A stretch of DNA of 64,000 nucleotides from a virus. Under the pieces are notes generated by a model that was not told where the DNA came from, ran no database searches, and saw nothing but the letters and a program-made list of their open reading frames with translations. The translations under genes were made by a program, and so were the position numbers. This document shows, piece after piece, positions 47,920 to 56,921 of this stretch. The DNA is taken from positions 116,135 to 180,134 of the IMG/VR virus record IMGVR_UViG_3300023202_000336, one strand, 5' to 3'. Each line of letters starts with the position of its first letter. Position 1 is the stretch's first letter.

Positions 47920-48035
47920 ATCACACCCCCACCGATCTCGCCATGTCGTCCGACCCCTGGACCTCCCTGCTGTGGATTGGGATCCTGATCGCCGTTGCGA
48001 TGGGGACGGCGTGGGTTGTGTTGCGGAGAAAGTAG
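47916..48035 (+). CDS. Small single-TM peptide (39 aa)
   Basis: ATGA overlap, GAGGAG RBS, hydrophobic core followed by RRK. Confidence 0.45.
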   Translation: MNHTPTDLAMSSDPWTSLLWIGILIAVAMGTAWVVLRRK

Positions 48036-48295
48036 ATGAAACACCACCACAGTCAAGACGACATTGGATTCGCTGCATTCCTTGCGTTCGTGCAGCGGGG
48101 CGGCTTCGGCCCCCATACACGCAAGAGTGCCACAAACGCCTCTGCGTTTTGGCGCAAGGAGGACGCCGGCCGCAAAGATCGGGAGAAAGAGGACCACCGA
48201 TGAAACACCACTACAACTACGACGGCGCCTATGCCCGCTCAGAGGCTTCGTATCTGAGACGTACCTGAAACCATACCACGAAAGGAGGAGGGCAA

Positions 48296-48646
48296 TTGAG
48301 AAAGCATCCGCCCACTAAAGTCAGTATTACTGCGATCGCTATACTCGTTGCCGTACGAACACAGACGAACCTGGTGACGATCAAGTTCATATCAGAAAGA
48401 ACTGGTTATACCTACCAACAGGTGAAAGATGTGACTATCGGACTAGTTGAACGGAAGCTGCTCAAGCAGTATCGCCACGGAGGACAGTCGGATAACCCGA
48501 ACGCTCGTAAACAGCCCGACGGGTTTAGCATCACTACGAGGGGCAAGAAGATCGCGAGGTCTTTTAGCCCGAAGTTGGTTCAGGCGCTCCAAGAAATGGG
48601 CAAAGTAAAAATATGGCGGTATGGCGGAAAGGGAGCAGAGGGATGA
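48296..48646 (+). CDS. Winged-HTH DNA-binding protein
   Basis: TIKFISERTGYTYQQVKDVTIGLVERKLL helix-turn-helix, wing and FSITTRG. Confidence 0.6.
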   Translation: MRKHPPTKVSITAIAILVAVRTQTNLVTIKFISERTGYTYQQVKDVTIGLVERKLLKQYRHGGQSDNPNARKQPDGFSITTRGKKIARSFSPKLVQALQEMGKVKIWRYGGKGAEG

Positions 48647-48972
48647 AACCTAGCGATTACGGGCTCCCCGACGACGCAGCCGGGTACGTATGTTATCAAG
48701 AGGGCGACGAGTGGTGCTGCCACGATACGCTTGTAGACGCGGTAGACGAGTATGTGTCTGAGTGTTTGTTCGTGAATAAAATCAATGACACCGGCTGCCG
48801 AGATTGCGAGGTCTACCTCGCGAGCGTGCGGAAAAACCCGGATCCCGAGGATCCTGATGGCCTCGATGAATACATCACTCACCACAGGGTCCCATGCGTG
48901 ATAGTCCTGCGGGCCGAGGTTCGCGGGCCCGTGGAGGTACTCGAAGAAGACAACGAAGGAGGCGAGGGTTGA
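48643..48972 (+). CDS. Hypothetical protein
   Basis: ATGA-coupled ORF. Confidence 0.55.
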   Translation: MKPSDYGLPDDAAGYVCYQEGDEWCCHDTLVDAVDEYVSECLFVNKINDTGCRDCEVYLASVRKNPDPEDPDGLDEYITHHRVPCVIVLRAEVRGPVEVLEEDNEGGEG

Positions 48973-49043
48973 CGCTCTGGTCAAGCGCCACCACTCACCA
49001 CTGAGACGTATCTGAAACTCAAACAACAGGAAGGAAACGTCCA

Positions 49044-49529
49044 ATGCGACAACATATCGACGCGGTTCGGAAGTTCATGGAACTTGCCGGCCAGGATCTC
49101 CCGGAGACACCCCAGGTACCCGATGAGGATACCCGTCTGCTCCGAGCAAAACTCATCTTCGAAGAAGCGATGGAAACGATCGAGCGCGGTCTCGGAGTTT
49201 CCGTACGTGTACAGAAGCATAGGGCGGCCGTCGGAAACAACGTCGAGTTTTTCCTCACGGAGGGACAGAAGCCCAATTTGGAGGAGCTCATCGACGGTGT
49301 AAACGATATATTTGTCGTTTCGACCGGGACGGCGCTGGCAGCAGGAATCGACCCCGAGAAGCACCAGGAGGAGGTCGATAACGCGAATCTACGAAAGTTC
49401 AGCGAGGACGGGTACCAGAGCGACGGCTCAGACGGGAACCCCGAAGGAAAGTGGATCAAGCCGCCTGACTGGCAGCCGCCGAACCACCAGAAACTGCTCG
49501 AGCAGGCATCTGAAAGACAGTCTGAATAG
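49044..49529 (+). CDS. MazG-like NTP pyrophosphohydrolase
   Basis: LIFEEAME, EELIDGVND, EVDNANLRK, GKWIKP. Confidence 0.8.
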   Translation: MRQHIDAVRKFMELAGQDLPETPQVPDEDTRLLRAKLIFEEAMETIERGLGVSVRVQKHRAAVGNNVEFFLTEGQKPNLEELIDGVNDIFVVSTGTALAAGIDPEKHQEEVDNANLRKFSEDGYQSDGSDGNPEGKWIKPPDWQPPNHQKLLEQASERQSE

Positions 49530-49625
49530 AGGCTCAAATTTGAACGATCTTTTCCGGCGGTACCAGCGCACATATTAAAGGAGATCGTTTAATCTCGAGC
49601 CAGAAAACCGGATTCCTGGCGGTTT

Positions 49626-49748
49626 GAGCTTCGTATCTGAGACGGTTATAACAGCTATGGCTGGCCTATGCTCGCTCAGGAGCTTCGTATCTGAGACCAC
49701 GGCAGCACCATTTCGATTATGTTCGCTCAGGAGCTTCGTATCTGAGAC
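49626..49748 (+). repeat. Three tandem copies of the dispersed 31-bp motif with 23- and 20-bp spacers
   Basis: Copies at 49626-49643 (partial), 49667-49697 and 49718-49748. Confidence 0.9.
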
Positions 49749-49785
49749 AGACAGACAGACGAGACGACGGGGGTGGCGGTCGGAA

Positions 49786-49826
49786 CTCTTTTCTTTTTTC
49801 TTTTTTTTTTCTTTTTTCTTTTCTCT
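49786..49826 (+). repeat. 41-nt pure pyrimidine (T-rich) tract
   Basis: Read directly. Confidence 0.9.
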
Positions 49827-49860
49827 ACGAGCGTTCACGAAATGAGATACGATCGTAAAC

Positions 49861-49979
49861 GAATGAAACCTCGCATCCGAATGAAACCTCGCATCCGAAG
49901 AAAAACCCCGGTCGCGAATCGCAAACTAAGGAAACCTCGCATCCGTTCGTGAGCAAGTCGCAGGCAAAGGAAACCTCGC
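49861..49979 (+). repeat. Iteron-like repeats GAAACCTCGCATCCG
   Basis: 18-bp tandem pair at 49861-49896, copy at 49931-49945, partial copy at 49970-49979. Confidence 0.85.
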
Positions 49980-50167
49980 GCACGACGGACACGAACGTAT
50001 CTCTCGTATCTATTAAAAAAATAATCTATCGTATCTACGTAGTAGATACTCTCTCGAAGTCTGCACGGTAATCAATATTGACCCATACCTTACAGTCAGT
50101 TTTGACCTACGTTTTTGACCTTACTTAACGAGCGTTTACGAACGGGTGTGAGATCGTTCGTATACGA

Positions 50168-50860
50168 ATGAAATTTGTGAACGCGCGGACAAAATTGATA
50201 AAATCCGCCGAAACTTACCATTATCCGCCAACGAAAGGGCCGCTCATGGATCCAGTCCAGTTCCATAGAATTCTTCGACTTCAAACTGAAGCGTTTCTTT
50301 ACGCGATGATGTTTCGTGGTTACATTGATGTTGATTCGCAGCGATTTACGCATCTTGCTCCGACGGTGAATAAGATCCGCGGAATGACCGCTGAAGAGTG
50401 GGCGATGACCGTTGCAGATCTTACTGTTTCGGCCAACCCAGACATACCGTTCGCACCAGAACCGCTCTGGCTCGATGAATACGACCCGTCCTACATCGAT
50501 CACGGTATCCACCACTGTGTTTTACATGTTCCCGAATATGGGCGTTATTACGATCCTACCTGTCTCGAAGGGATCGAGGATATCGATTATCTTGCGATCG
50601 ACCCGACTCCCGACGCGAAGTATATACCCCTCATCGTACCGGCGGAATCTAAGTCCACACGGGTTCCGTTCCTTGCAACGAAGCGGGTTACCGATGAACC
50701 GCTCGATGACGAGGATGACGAGGAAGAGCGGCCCGGTGTCTTCGATGACGTGGAAAAGCGGGAAACCGGTTCGGCGCGTCACCAGCCGGCTGAAGTGGAA
50801 ATCGAAGACTTCGTGAGAGAGATCGAAGAAGCACCTTCGGGTGGCGAAGTCTCAATCTGA
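50168..50860 (+). CDS. Hypothetical protein
   Basis: 230-aa ORF with acidic tail. Confidence 0.6.
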   Translation: MKFVNARTKLIKSAETYHYPPTKGPLMDPVQFHRILRLQTEAFLYAMMFRGYIDVDSQRFTHLAPTVNKIRGMTAEEWAMTVADLTVSANPDIPFAPEPLWLDEYDPSYIDHGIHHCVLHVPEYGRYYDPTCLEGIEDIDYLAIDPTPDAKYIPLIVPAESKSTRVPFLATKRVTDEPLDDEDDEEERPGVFDDVEKRETGSARHQPAEVEIEDFVREIEEAPSGGEVSI

Positions 50861-50869
50861 AAGGACCAG

Positions 50870-51655
50870 ATGACATCAAAAGCCCCTCCGACTGAGGATT
50901 CCAGCGTCGACGCCGACATCGAGAAGGGACCTGAACTAATTTCTGTAAAGCATGATCTCGATATTTCGTGTTTCCTTGAACTTCTCAAGGACAGTGCCCC
51001 TAAAGATATGATTAAGATATACGCGAAGAAAGCTCGCGGTGAAGACTTTATGATTCCTCGTTGGTGTACGCCGGTTACAAGACCTGTTCTGGTAGAGACG
51101 GCCGAACGAATTTTCGGATGTATGGATCCTGTTAACCGCGAAAGTATGAACCGGCTTATTGCAGGGCCAGGGTCGGAGTCCGTCGAACAGTTGAGACGAA
51201 ATGTAGCTTCGTTCATGAATACCTACATGCCTCCGAGTGTGATAACCGATCTTACGCGCCGATTTTTCGACTGCCCGTTGAGCTACATTAAGATGGACTC
51301 TATTTCTGTCCATAACGTCGAGGTAAGTGAGTGTGTTACTACCCGCGTACGGTGGATGAGTCTTCCAGAGATCACGTTACGTTATTACGGTGAAATCTAT
51401 CTCGATGACGAAAACGGGGATTGTCTTCCGCCCGAAGAACTTGGAGATCCTCAGTTCGATGGGAAGTTTCATTTTAATAGCTTTTTACAAAACCTTGAAA
51501 CCTATGTAAGCAACTTTCCGACGACGCTTTTACCTTTTGTGGTATTCTACATCTCAGAGCTTGTTCACATGGTGAGCCTGCCCGAGCTCGGATCACCGAT
51601 TAGCATCATGAAAGATACGCCTTCACTTTCGTATACTATTGTCGAGGAGGAATAA
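50870..51655 (+). CDS. Hypothetical protein
   Basis: GAAAGGA RBS, 261 aa. Confidence 0.65.
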   Translation: MTSKAPPTEDSSVDADIEKGPELISVKHDLDISCFLELLKDSAPKDMIKIYAKKARGEDFMIPRWCTPVTRPVLVETAERIFGCMDPVNRESMNRLIAGPGSESVEQLRRNVASFMNTYMPPSVITDLTRRFFDCPLSYIKMDSISVHNVEVSECVTTRVRWMSLPEITLRYYGEIYLDDENGDCLPPEELGDPQFDGKFHFNSFLQNLETYVSNFPTTLLPFVVFYISELVHMVSLPELGSPISIMKDTPSLSYTIVEEE

Positions 51656-51793
51656 GTAATAGGCTCTGACGATCCGTCCGTATCTGAGACGTGGATACGA
51701 GTTGATACAGGGAAAAGAAGTCCCTGCGTGGAGCGGTCTCACGCTCGAAGAACTCGTCGACGAACTCATCGGTAAGGCTAATTAGTGTGGTCG

Positions 51794-52204
51794 TTACTTC
51801 GGCGACGGAGTGCCGTACTCGACCCTTTGTTCCAGCATGAACCGGCCGATTTCGGACTCTTTTACCCTGGTTGGCATCGGGCGGTTCATGCGAGCATGGT
51901 CCTCTTCGCTTACGAGCCCAATCTTTCTCGCTGGGATAATTACGAATCGTTCGATCATTTCGAGTTTGGCCCGGTAGACCTCTATTTTGATATCATGTTC
52001 TTTCGTGGTCCCGTAGAGTGCTTTCCGATCGGCTTTGAGGTCCTCGATGCTTTCGATGATCTCTTGCTGTCGGTCGTAGACCTGTATCGATTTCATGACG
52101 ACGAGGGCAATACCGCCTATTACCGCGGCCCAGCCAAACTTCGAGACGACCCAGTTGAAGACCTTCTGGGTAAGCTGCGTCGGGGTATCGGTCTGGCCGG
52201 CCAT
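51794..52204 (-). CDS. Membrane-anchored coiled-coil protein
   Basis: One TM segment followed by a coiled coil; start uncertain. Confidence 0.5.
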   Translation of the reverse strand: MAGQTDTPTQLTQKVFNWVVSKFGWAAVIGGIALVVMKSIQVYDRQQEIIESIEDLKADRKALYGTTKEHDIKIEVYRAKLEMIERFVIIPARKIGLVSEEDHARMNRPMPTRVKESEIGRFMLEQRVEYGTPSPK

Positions 52205-52388
52205 ACGTGCATTTTCGACCCCAAACCATCTATGTGAAGCTGAAAAGGAGGCATCCATGGGCTACATCAACCGTCTCGAGGAGACAGTCGAAGAGCAGTA
52301 TCAAAAGGTCATGAGATTCCAGTGGTGGGAGATACGGGCCGGGACGCTCCCGAGTAGCAAAGAAAAGCAGAAAGCGCTGATACTCGCG

Positions 52389-52664
52389 TCACCGAATTGC
52401 GTCTTCCCTCTTCTGAGTGGCAGGCTTTATCCCTGGCGCCTTGACCGGAACGATCCTCGCCGGAACGATTACCTTGCTACGTGGCCGGGAAGATGGATCG
52501 GCTGCACGGAGGAAGCTGGAAAGGAGCTCGATCAGATGTGCGCGTTTTATACGAGCGAGGGAGATTTCGAGATGCTGACATACACCGCCGCCTGCAGGCG
52601 TCGATTCATCCAGTATGCCTTCCCATCTCTCTTCTTGTATGGAGTGTTCTTGTAAATTAGTCAA
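52389..52664 (-). CDS. Hypothetical protein
   Basis: 91-aa ORF; a competing + strand ORF exists. Confidence 0.35.
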   Translation of the reverse strand: MTNLQEHSIQEERWEGILDESTPAGGGVCQHLEISLARIKRAHLIELLSSFLRAADPSSRPRSKVIVPARIVPVKAPGIKPATQKREDAIR

Positions 52665-52739
52665 ATCGGCTATCCTTGCTCAGGAGTTTCGTATCTAAGA
52701 CGTATCAGAAAATCTGAAACACAACTGAAAGGAAACGTT

Positions 52740-53282
52740 ATGAACTTAGACAACCCCACTCTCGTGCTGATCAGGGGCCTTCCCGGGAGCGGCCGTAGCA
52801 CGGTGGCGACCGCTCTTCATGAAGATATTTGTCGCTTCGAAGCCGACGATTTTTTCATGATCGATGGTGAGTACAACTTCGATCGTCGGTTTTTGAAGGA
52901 CGCGCACAACTGGTGCCGTGCGCAGGCCGCGTACTATTTGTTCAGAGATGAGGACATCGCTGTTTCGAACACTTTATCCATGTTCTTCGAAATGGTTCCG
53001 TACTTTAAGCTCGCGGATTATTACGGCGCCAACAAGGTCGTGATCGAGTGCTGCGGGGATTTCGGATCGACGAAACCGATCCCCGATTACGTAACTGAAC
53101 GGGTGCGCAATCGGTGGGAAGAGATCTTCGAGCCGAAGAAACACGATATCTGTGTGATCAAGCTTCCCGAGCACGTCATCGAAGATCTTCGTGATGCCCC
53201 GGGGACGCTCGATATCGAAGATATCCTGACCTTCGCTGGCGATTTCTCGGGGTCCGAATCTTCGAGATACGCGGCGGTGTAG
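52740..53282 (+). CDS. P-loop kinase (AAA_33 / polynucleotide kinase-like)
   Basis: LIRGLPGSGRST (Arg replaces the Walker A Lys), EADDFF, AHNWC, VSNT. Confidence 0.75.
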   Translation: MNLDNPTLVLIRGLPGSGRSTVATALHEDICRFEADDFFMIDGEYNFDRRFLKDAHNWCRAQAAYYLFRDEDIAVSNTLSMFFEMVPYFKLADYYGANKVVIECCGDFGSTKPIPDYVTERVRNRWEEIFEPKKHDICVIKLPEHVIEDLRDAPGTLDIEDILTFAGDFSGSESSRYAAV

Positions 53283-53290
53283 AACGAGGT

Positions 53291-53329
53291 GCCGCCACCT
53301 GTAGCACTTGTTACAGGTGGCGGCGCTTT
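53291..53329 (+). terminator. Intrinsic terminator
   Basis: 13-bp perfect stem GCCGCCACCTGTA/TACAGGTGGCGGC followed by a short T run. Confidence 0.65.
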
Positions 53330-53423
53330 CGACGGAGGCGAGGTGACCGTGGCAGCAGAAGTGAATGCAGTACTTAATGACCATTAACCAAGGTACAGTG
53401 CGGAGCTAAAAAGTAAGTGTGAG

Positions 53424-53930
53424 TTGCATGAGCTTACACCGAATGACCTCATTTATCCTCATGTGAGGGCTGAGGTGATACGCCAGTTGAAAGATGTATA
53501 TTCTGGTCGCGATTTTATAAAGCTCTGGCAGGAGGTATCATACGGTGACTATAGGGGTTTAAGAGACTTATTTTATAATCCTTTCAGTAAGAAGATGAAG
53601 AGGAAGTGCGTTGCGCTATTACAGGAGGGCGATGTAATTCAGTTGAATTCGTTAGGCGGCTTTCCTGGTTGGGTATCTGACTTCAATAACTATCACGGTA
53701 AACTCGCGGTCATTACCGCTTTGTACAAGATTCCGGTGGCTAATATAAGATTCCTAGACGATTGCGAATTTATCAGCGATAAAGGCTATTTAGTTCCTTT
53801 GGGAGCGTGTGTTCCGTTAAAAGCCGTTGTTTATGCTCGCTCAGGAGCTCCGCGTCTGAGACACCGTATAAAATCGAAGGGAGGTGTACCTTGGCTGAAG
53901 AAGTGGATCAAAAAGATCGCAAGATTATAG
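53424..53930 (+). CDS. Hypothetical protein
   Basis: 168-aa ORF; 3' end contains the dispersed motif. Confidence 0.55.
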   Translation: MHELTPNDLIYPHVRAEVIRQLKDVYSGRDFIKLWQEVSYGDYRGLRDLFYNPFSKKMKRKCVALLQEGDVIQLNSLGGFPGWVSDFNNYHGKLAVITALYKIPVANIRFLDDCEFISDKGYLVPLGACVPLKAVVYARSGAPRLRHRIKSKGGVPWLKKWIKKIARL

Positions 53931-54643
53931 TACCGCGCCGTAGTTATTATGAGAAAACGTCAGATTTCGTGAGGAATTGGGTAAGGTTTTCAGAAGGAAA
54001 AGAACCGGTTATACCCACTATAGATAACGTGGGTATGAGTTACGTAGAGTTTATAGATAGATATAATGACCTATGTTGGAGAGAGGCTGAGTTTTGTGAG
54101 GACGATAACGGGGCGGAAGACGAGGATGAAGACTTCTACGAAGACGAGAGGGGTGTAAGAGCCCTTCTTTCTGAGGCGTTTAATAGAGAGTACCTAGATT
54201 TGGTCGTTAATTCGGGGCTAGTGTACGGGCCTATTAATAATTACGAGGCTCGTTTTAGCGACCGTTTTTATAGGGTGTTATCCCCCTTTTTTAAAGAGGG
54301 TTCTCGAGGGATCGTGGAATCATTCAGAAGATGCGCGAAAGCGTGTTTAGATCCTTACAGCGCTCTTCGTGAGCGTAGCTGCTATTGTAACAGCGACCAT
54401 GATGACCATACAATCGAAATCGGAATTATGTTAGTCAGCGCTGGTATCGGTACCACCTTTTACACTACGTTTCCGTATGTAAGCAATCCACTCTACCAGC
54501 TTTCTCAGGATGCCAGTTTCGTGAGCGTGATGGTTTATAGCCTCGCCCGTTGGACGTATGATACTGGTGCTTTTGGTACATCGGATCCATTTGATCACGA
54601 GTATATCAAATGGTTCGATCAGAGTATTATATGTGTCTCGTAG
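53891..54643 (+). CDS. Hypothetical protein, paralog family member 1
   Basis: GGGAGG before TTG 53891; shared N-terminal motif. Confidence 0.6.
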   Translation: MAEEVDQKDRKIIVPRRSYYEKTSDFVRNWVRFSEGKEPVIPTIDNVGMSYVEFIDRYNDLCWREAEFCEDDNGAEDEDEDFYEDERGVRALLSEAFNREYLDLVVNSGLVYGPINNYEARFSDRFYRVLSPFFKEGSRGIVESFRRCAKACLDPYSALRERSCYCNSDHDDHTIEIGIMLVSAGIGTTFYTTFPYVSNPLYQLSQDASFVSVMVYSLARWTYDTGAFGTSDPFDHEYIKWFDQSIICVS

Positions 54644-54647
54644 TGAC

Positions 54648-54902
54648 ATGAACGATGACGCCGTATATGAGGCTGAACGACTTATCGCGCGGTCACGATA
54701 CGAGTTAGATACAGAGGATCACGGGGTGCTTACATTGACCGTTACGCTTCCTAATGGATTTATTCTTAAGGAAAAAGAGTGCACGAGTACGCCTCGCGAA
54801 GTAGCACGTAGTATTCTGTATTCTAAGATCTTATGTCGATTAATGGAGTTAGAACGTTACCGCAAGGCATGTGAAGAGCACCGTCTTCGCATGGTCACTT
54901 AA
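54648..54902 (+). CDS. Hypothetical protein resembling the phage Gp49/gene 66 family
   Basis: TVTLPNGF and terminal LMELERY pattern. Confidence 0.4.
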   Translation: MNDDAVYEAERLIARSRYELDTEDHGVLTLTVTLPNGFILKEKECTSTPREVARSILYSKILCRLMELERYRKACEEHRLRMVT

Positions 54903-54913
54903 GGAGGACCTGA

Positions 54914-55519
54914 ATGAATACGTCAACGGTTATTACACCGTCCCCTTCTCACTACAGAACTGCCAGACAGTTCATCAAATCGTGGAGCATGTTTTCTTCC
55001 GGAGGAGAGGTTTTGGCCCCGGATACCGGCGACATCAGGTCTCTCGACGCTTTAGAAGGCGATATCAGAGATCTTGTCTCCAAAAGTAAAAGGAATCATA
55101 ATTCGAACGCGCGGTTTAAGGAGTCACTGAATAACATCGTTTCCAGCTTCCTGAGTCCGCGCGTTCGTGACGCGAGCTTTGAGGCGAGGTGTACGGTAAA
55201 GTGGAGGGTTAATCCTATACATATTCAGGTGATAGGAAACCTCCAGACAGACCCGAGCTCGTATCTATTAGATATTACTTATCGTAAACGTCGCACGCTT
55301 TATGATCGGAGGTACCAAGTAAGATATGATACTTTTAAAAAGCGGGTCGCTTCACTTCCTGTGCTGTTTACTGATATCCTTATGATGCTTCATATAGGTT
55401 TCACGTTTTATGGATTGCCGCCTTCAATAGCCTGTAAAGCGATATTTCTCAAAGAACTTCGTGACAACCCGGCACTTACGCGCGTACCTCGCGTAATGAT
55501 ACCAGAGTTGGTGCAATGA
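54914..55519 (+). CDS. Hypothetical protein, paralog family member 2
   Basis: AAGGAGG RBS; shared N-terminal motif. Confidence 0.6.
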   Translation: MNTSTVITPSPSHYRTARQFIKSWSMFSSGGEVLAPDTGDIRSLDALEGDIRDLVSKSKRNHNSNARFKESLNNIVSSFLSPRVRDASFEARCTVKWRVNPIHIQVIGNLQTDPSSYLLDITYRKRRTLYDRRYQVRYDTFKKRVASLPVLFTDILMMLHIGFTFYGLPPSIACKAIFLKELRDNPALTRVPRVMIPELVQ

Positions 55520-56091
55520 AAATTACACCGTCGATGTATCCGGATGCTCGTTCTTTCGTAAAAGACTGGGAGAAGGTTACTCGTGGAGAGGAAGCATCGC
55601 CCCCTATTCTCACGCTTGATGGTATCGACGCGGCATTTAGTAACGGCGTGTATAAAGGGGGCGATTACGACCATATTCTAAGTTATGTACCTAATGTTAG
55701 TCTGATGCGCCGTCACAGATCAGATTTTATTCGGCGAGGTATTTTGGATAAGCGTACACTTGATAAGCTGAGACACTACAGCCCTATTACTGAGTCGGAT
55801 ATTGAGTCGGATATTGAGCCCGTTACTGTGAGTTTTTCTACGGGGAGCCCTGCCACTTATCGCGTCCCTTTTAGTAACCCGGGCGGGCCCCAAAAGTATC
55901 CTATTATTCGCGTGATGTACAAGCTTCTGCGGGATAGGGCCGAGGTTATACGATGCGAGCACAAAATATGGTTACAAACTATGCTGCGAGCAGCTTATAG
56001 TGGTGTACATACACCTGTTAGTAGGGTTTTGAGTTATGATCAGGAAGTGGGTCAGGCAAGCGTAGAGATGTTGCTTTCATTATATATTTGA
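55516..56091 (+). CDS. Hypothetical protein, paralog family member 3
   Basis: ATGA-coupled; shared N-terminal motif. Confidence 0.6.
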   Translation: MKITPSMYPDARSFVKDWEKVTRGEEASPPILTLDGIDAAFSNGVYKGGDYDHILSYVPNVSLMRRHRSDFIRRGILDKRTLDKLRHYSPITESDIESDIEPVTVSFSTGSPATYRVPFSNPGGPQKYPIIRVMYKLLRDRAEVIRCEHKIWLQTMLRAAYSGVHTPVSRVLSYDQEVGQASVEMLLSLYI

Positions 56092-56100
56092 GGATTTTCT

Positions 56101-56313
56101 ATGCGGATTATACACGGCTGTACTCCTCCAAGCGAGGACGATTTTGAGGAAGAATGTCAAGAATGCGAATGTAGATTCGAGTGGCATGAGATTGGATGGG
56201 ATTATGCGTACGGAGATGAACTCGGGTATTATATTGAAGGTTATGAAGCAGTATGCCCTATATGCGGCATCACTCTTGACGAGCAGAAAACGTACAACGA
56301 CGAGGAGGAATGA
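56101..56313 (+). CDS. Small zinc-ribbon protein
   Basis: CQEC and CPIC. Confidence 0.6.
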   Translation: MRIIHGCTPPSEDDFEEECQECECRFEWHEIGWDYAYGDELGYYIEGYEAVCPICGITLDEQKTYNDEEE

Positions 56314-56615
56314 TGATTCCTATTTTCAGAGGCGTGAGCATCGTGGGTTACTCTTACCTCGATGAAAACGCGAAACAGCTCCACGAGGACCTGGAGCAGG
56401 GTGAAGAGGTTATCCTCGAGCCCGTTACGAATAACGAGTTTGATTCTCTGGCCGTGGAAGTTTGGGCCGATATGAGGGTTGGTTACATAGCGAAAGAGAT
56501 AAGTCCGGTGATCCACTACTTCAAGAAAGCCGGAATACCATACGTGGCGAAAGTTACCGATCGGCGTAGGAAGTCACAGTGCGTCGATGTTTTTATACTC
56601 GAACAGGAGGGGTAG
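56310..56615 (+). CDS. HIRAN-domain protein
   Basis: IVGYSY, LEPVTNNEFDSLAVEV, VGYIAKE. Confidence 0.85.
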   Translation: MMIPIFRGVSIVGYSYLDENAKQLHEDLEQGEEVILEPVTNNEFDSLAVEVWADMRVGYIAKEISPVIHYFKKAGIPYVAKVTDRRRKSQCVDVFILEQEG

Positions 56616-56652
56616 TAGACGTGACAGTCGGACGGACGAAATTAAGGTTTAT

Positions 56653-56731
56653 GGTTGAGATCAAGACGAAACCAGCCTGGATGAAGCAGGAACCCAATCT
56701 CTGGTAACTTCTACAAGTTACCACATTTAGG
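56653..56731 (+). mobile_element. Orphan TnpB right end / omegaRNA fragment
   Basis: Near-identical to 45898-45976 (two substitutions seen); no tnpB upstream. Confidence 0.8.
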
Positions 56732-56807
56732 AAAGCAGTAATCCATTTCGTAATGAGACTCTTCTATTCTCGCTCAGGAGCTCCGTATCTGAGACGTATC
56801 TGAAACG

Positions 56808-56852
56808 AGGCTTGCCGGGCTAGAATACTCACCATCATGTCCCGGCAAGCCT
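56808..56852. repeat. 12-bp perfect inverted repeat
   Basis: AGGCTTGCCGGG, 21-bp spacer, CCCGGCAAGCCT. Confidence 0.85.
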
Positions 56853-56921
56853 GGCTCAGAAACTGGCGTTCGTCGATTGCGCGAGCTCAGAGCTTCGTAT
56901 CTAAGACAGAAAGGAACACTA

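Noticed and set aside
49626-49748. CRISPR array
   Set aside because: Only three repeats, spacers of 20-23 bp, the same repeat is scattered singly across the window, and no cas genes are present; kept as a repeat
50168-50860. Transglutaminase-like enzyme (HHCVL, YYDPT)
   Set aside because: No convincing upstream catalytic Cys motif; left as hypothetical
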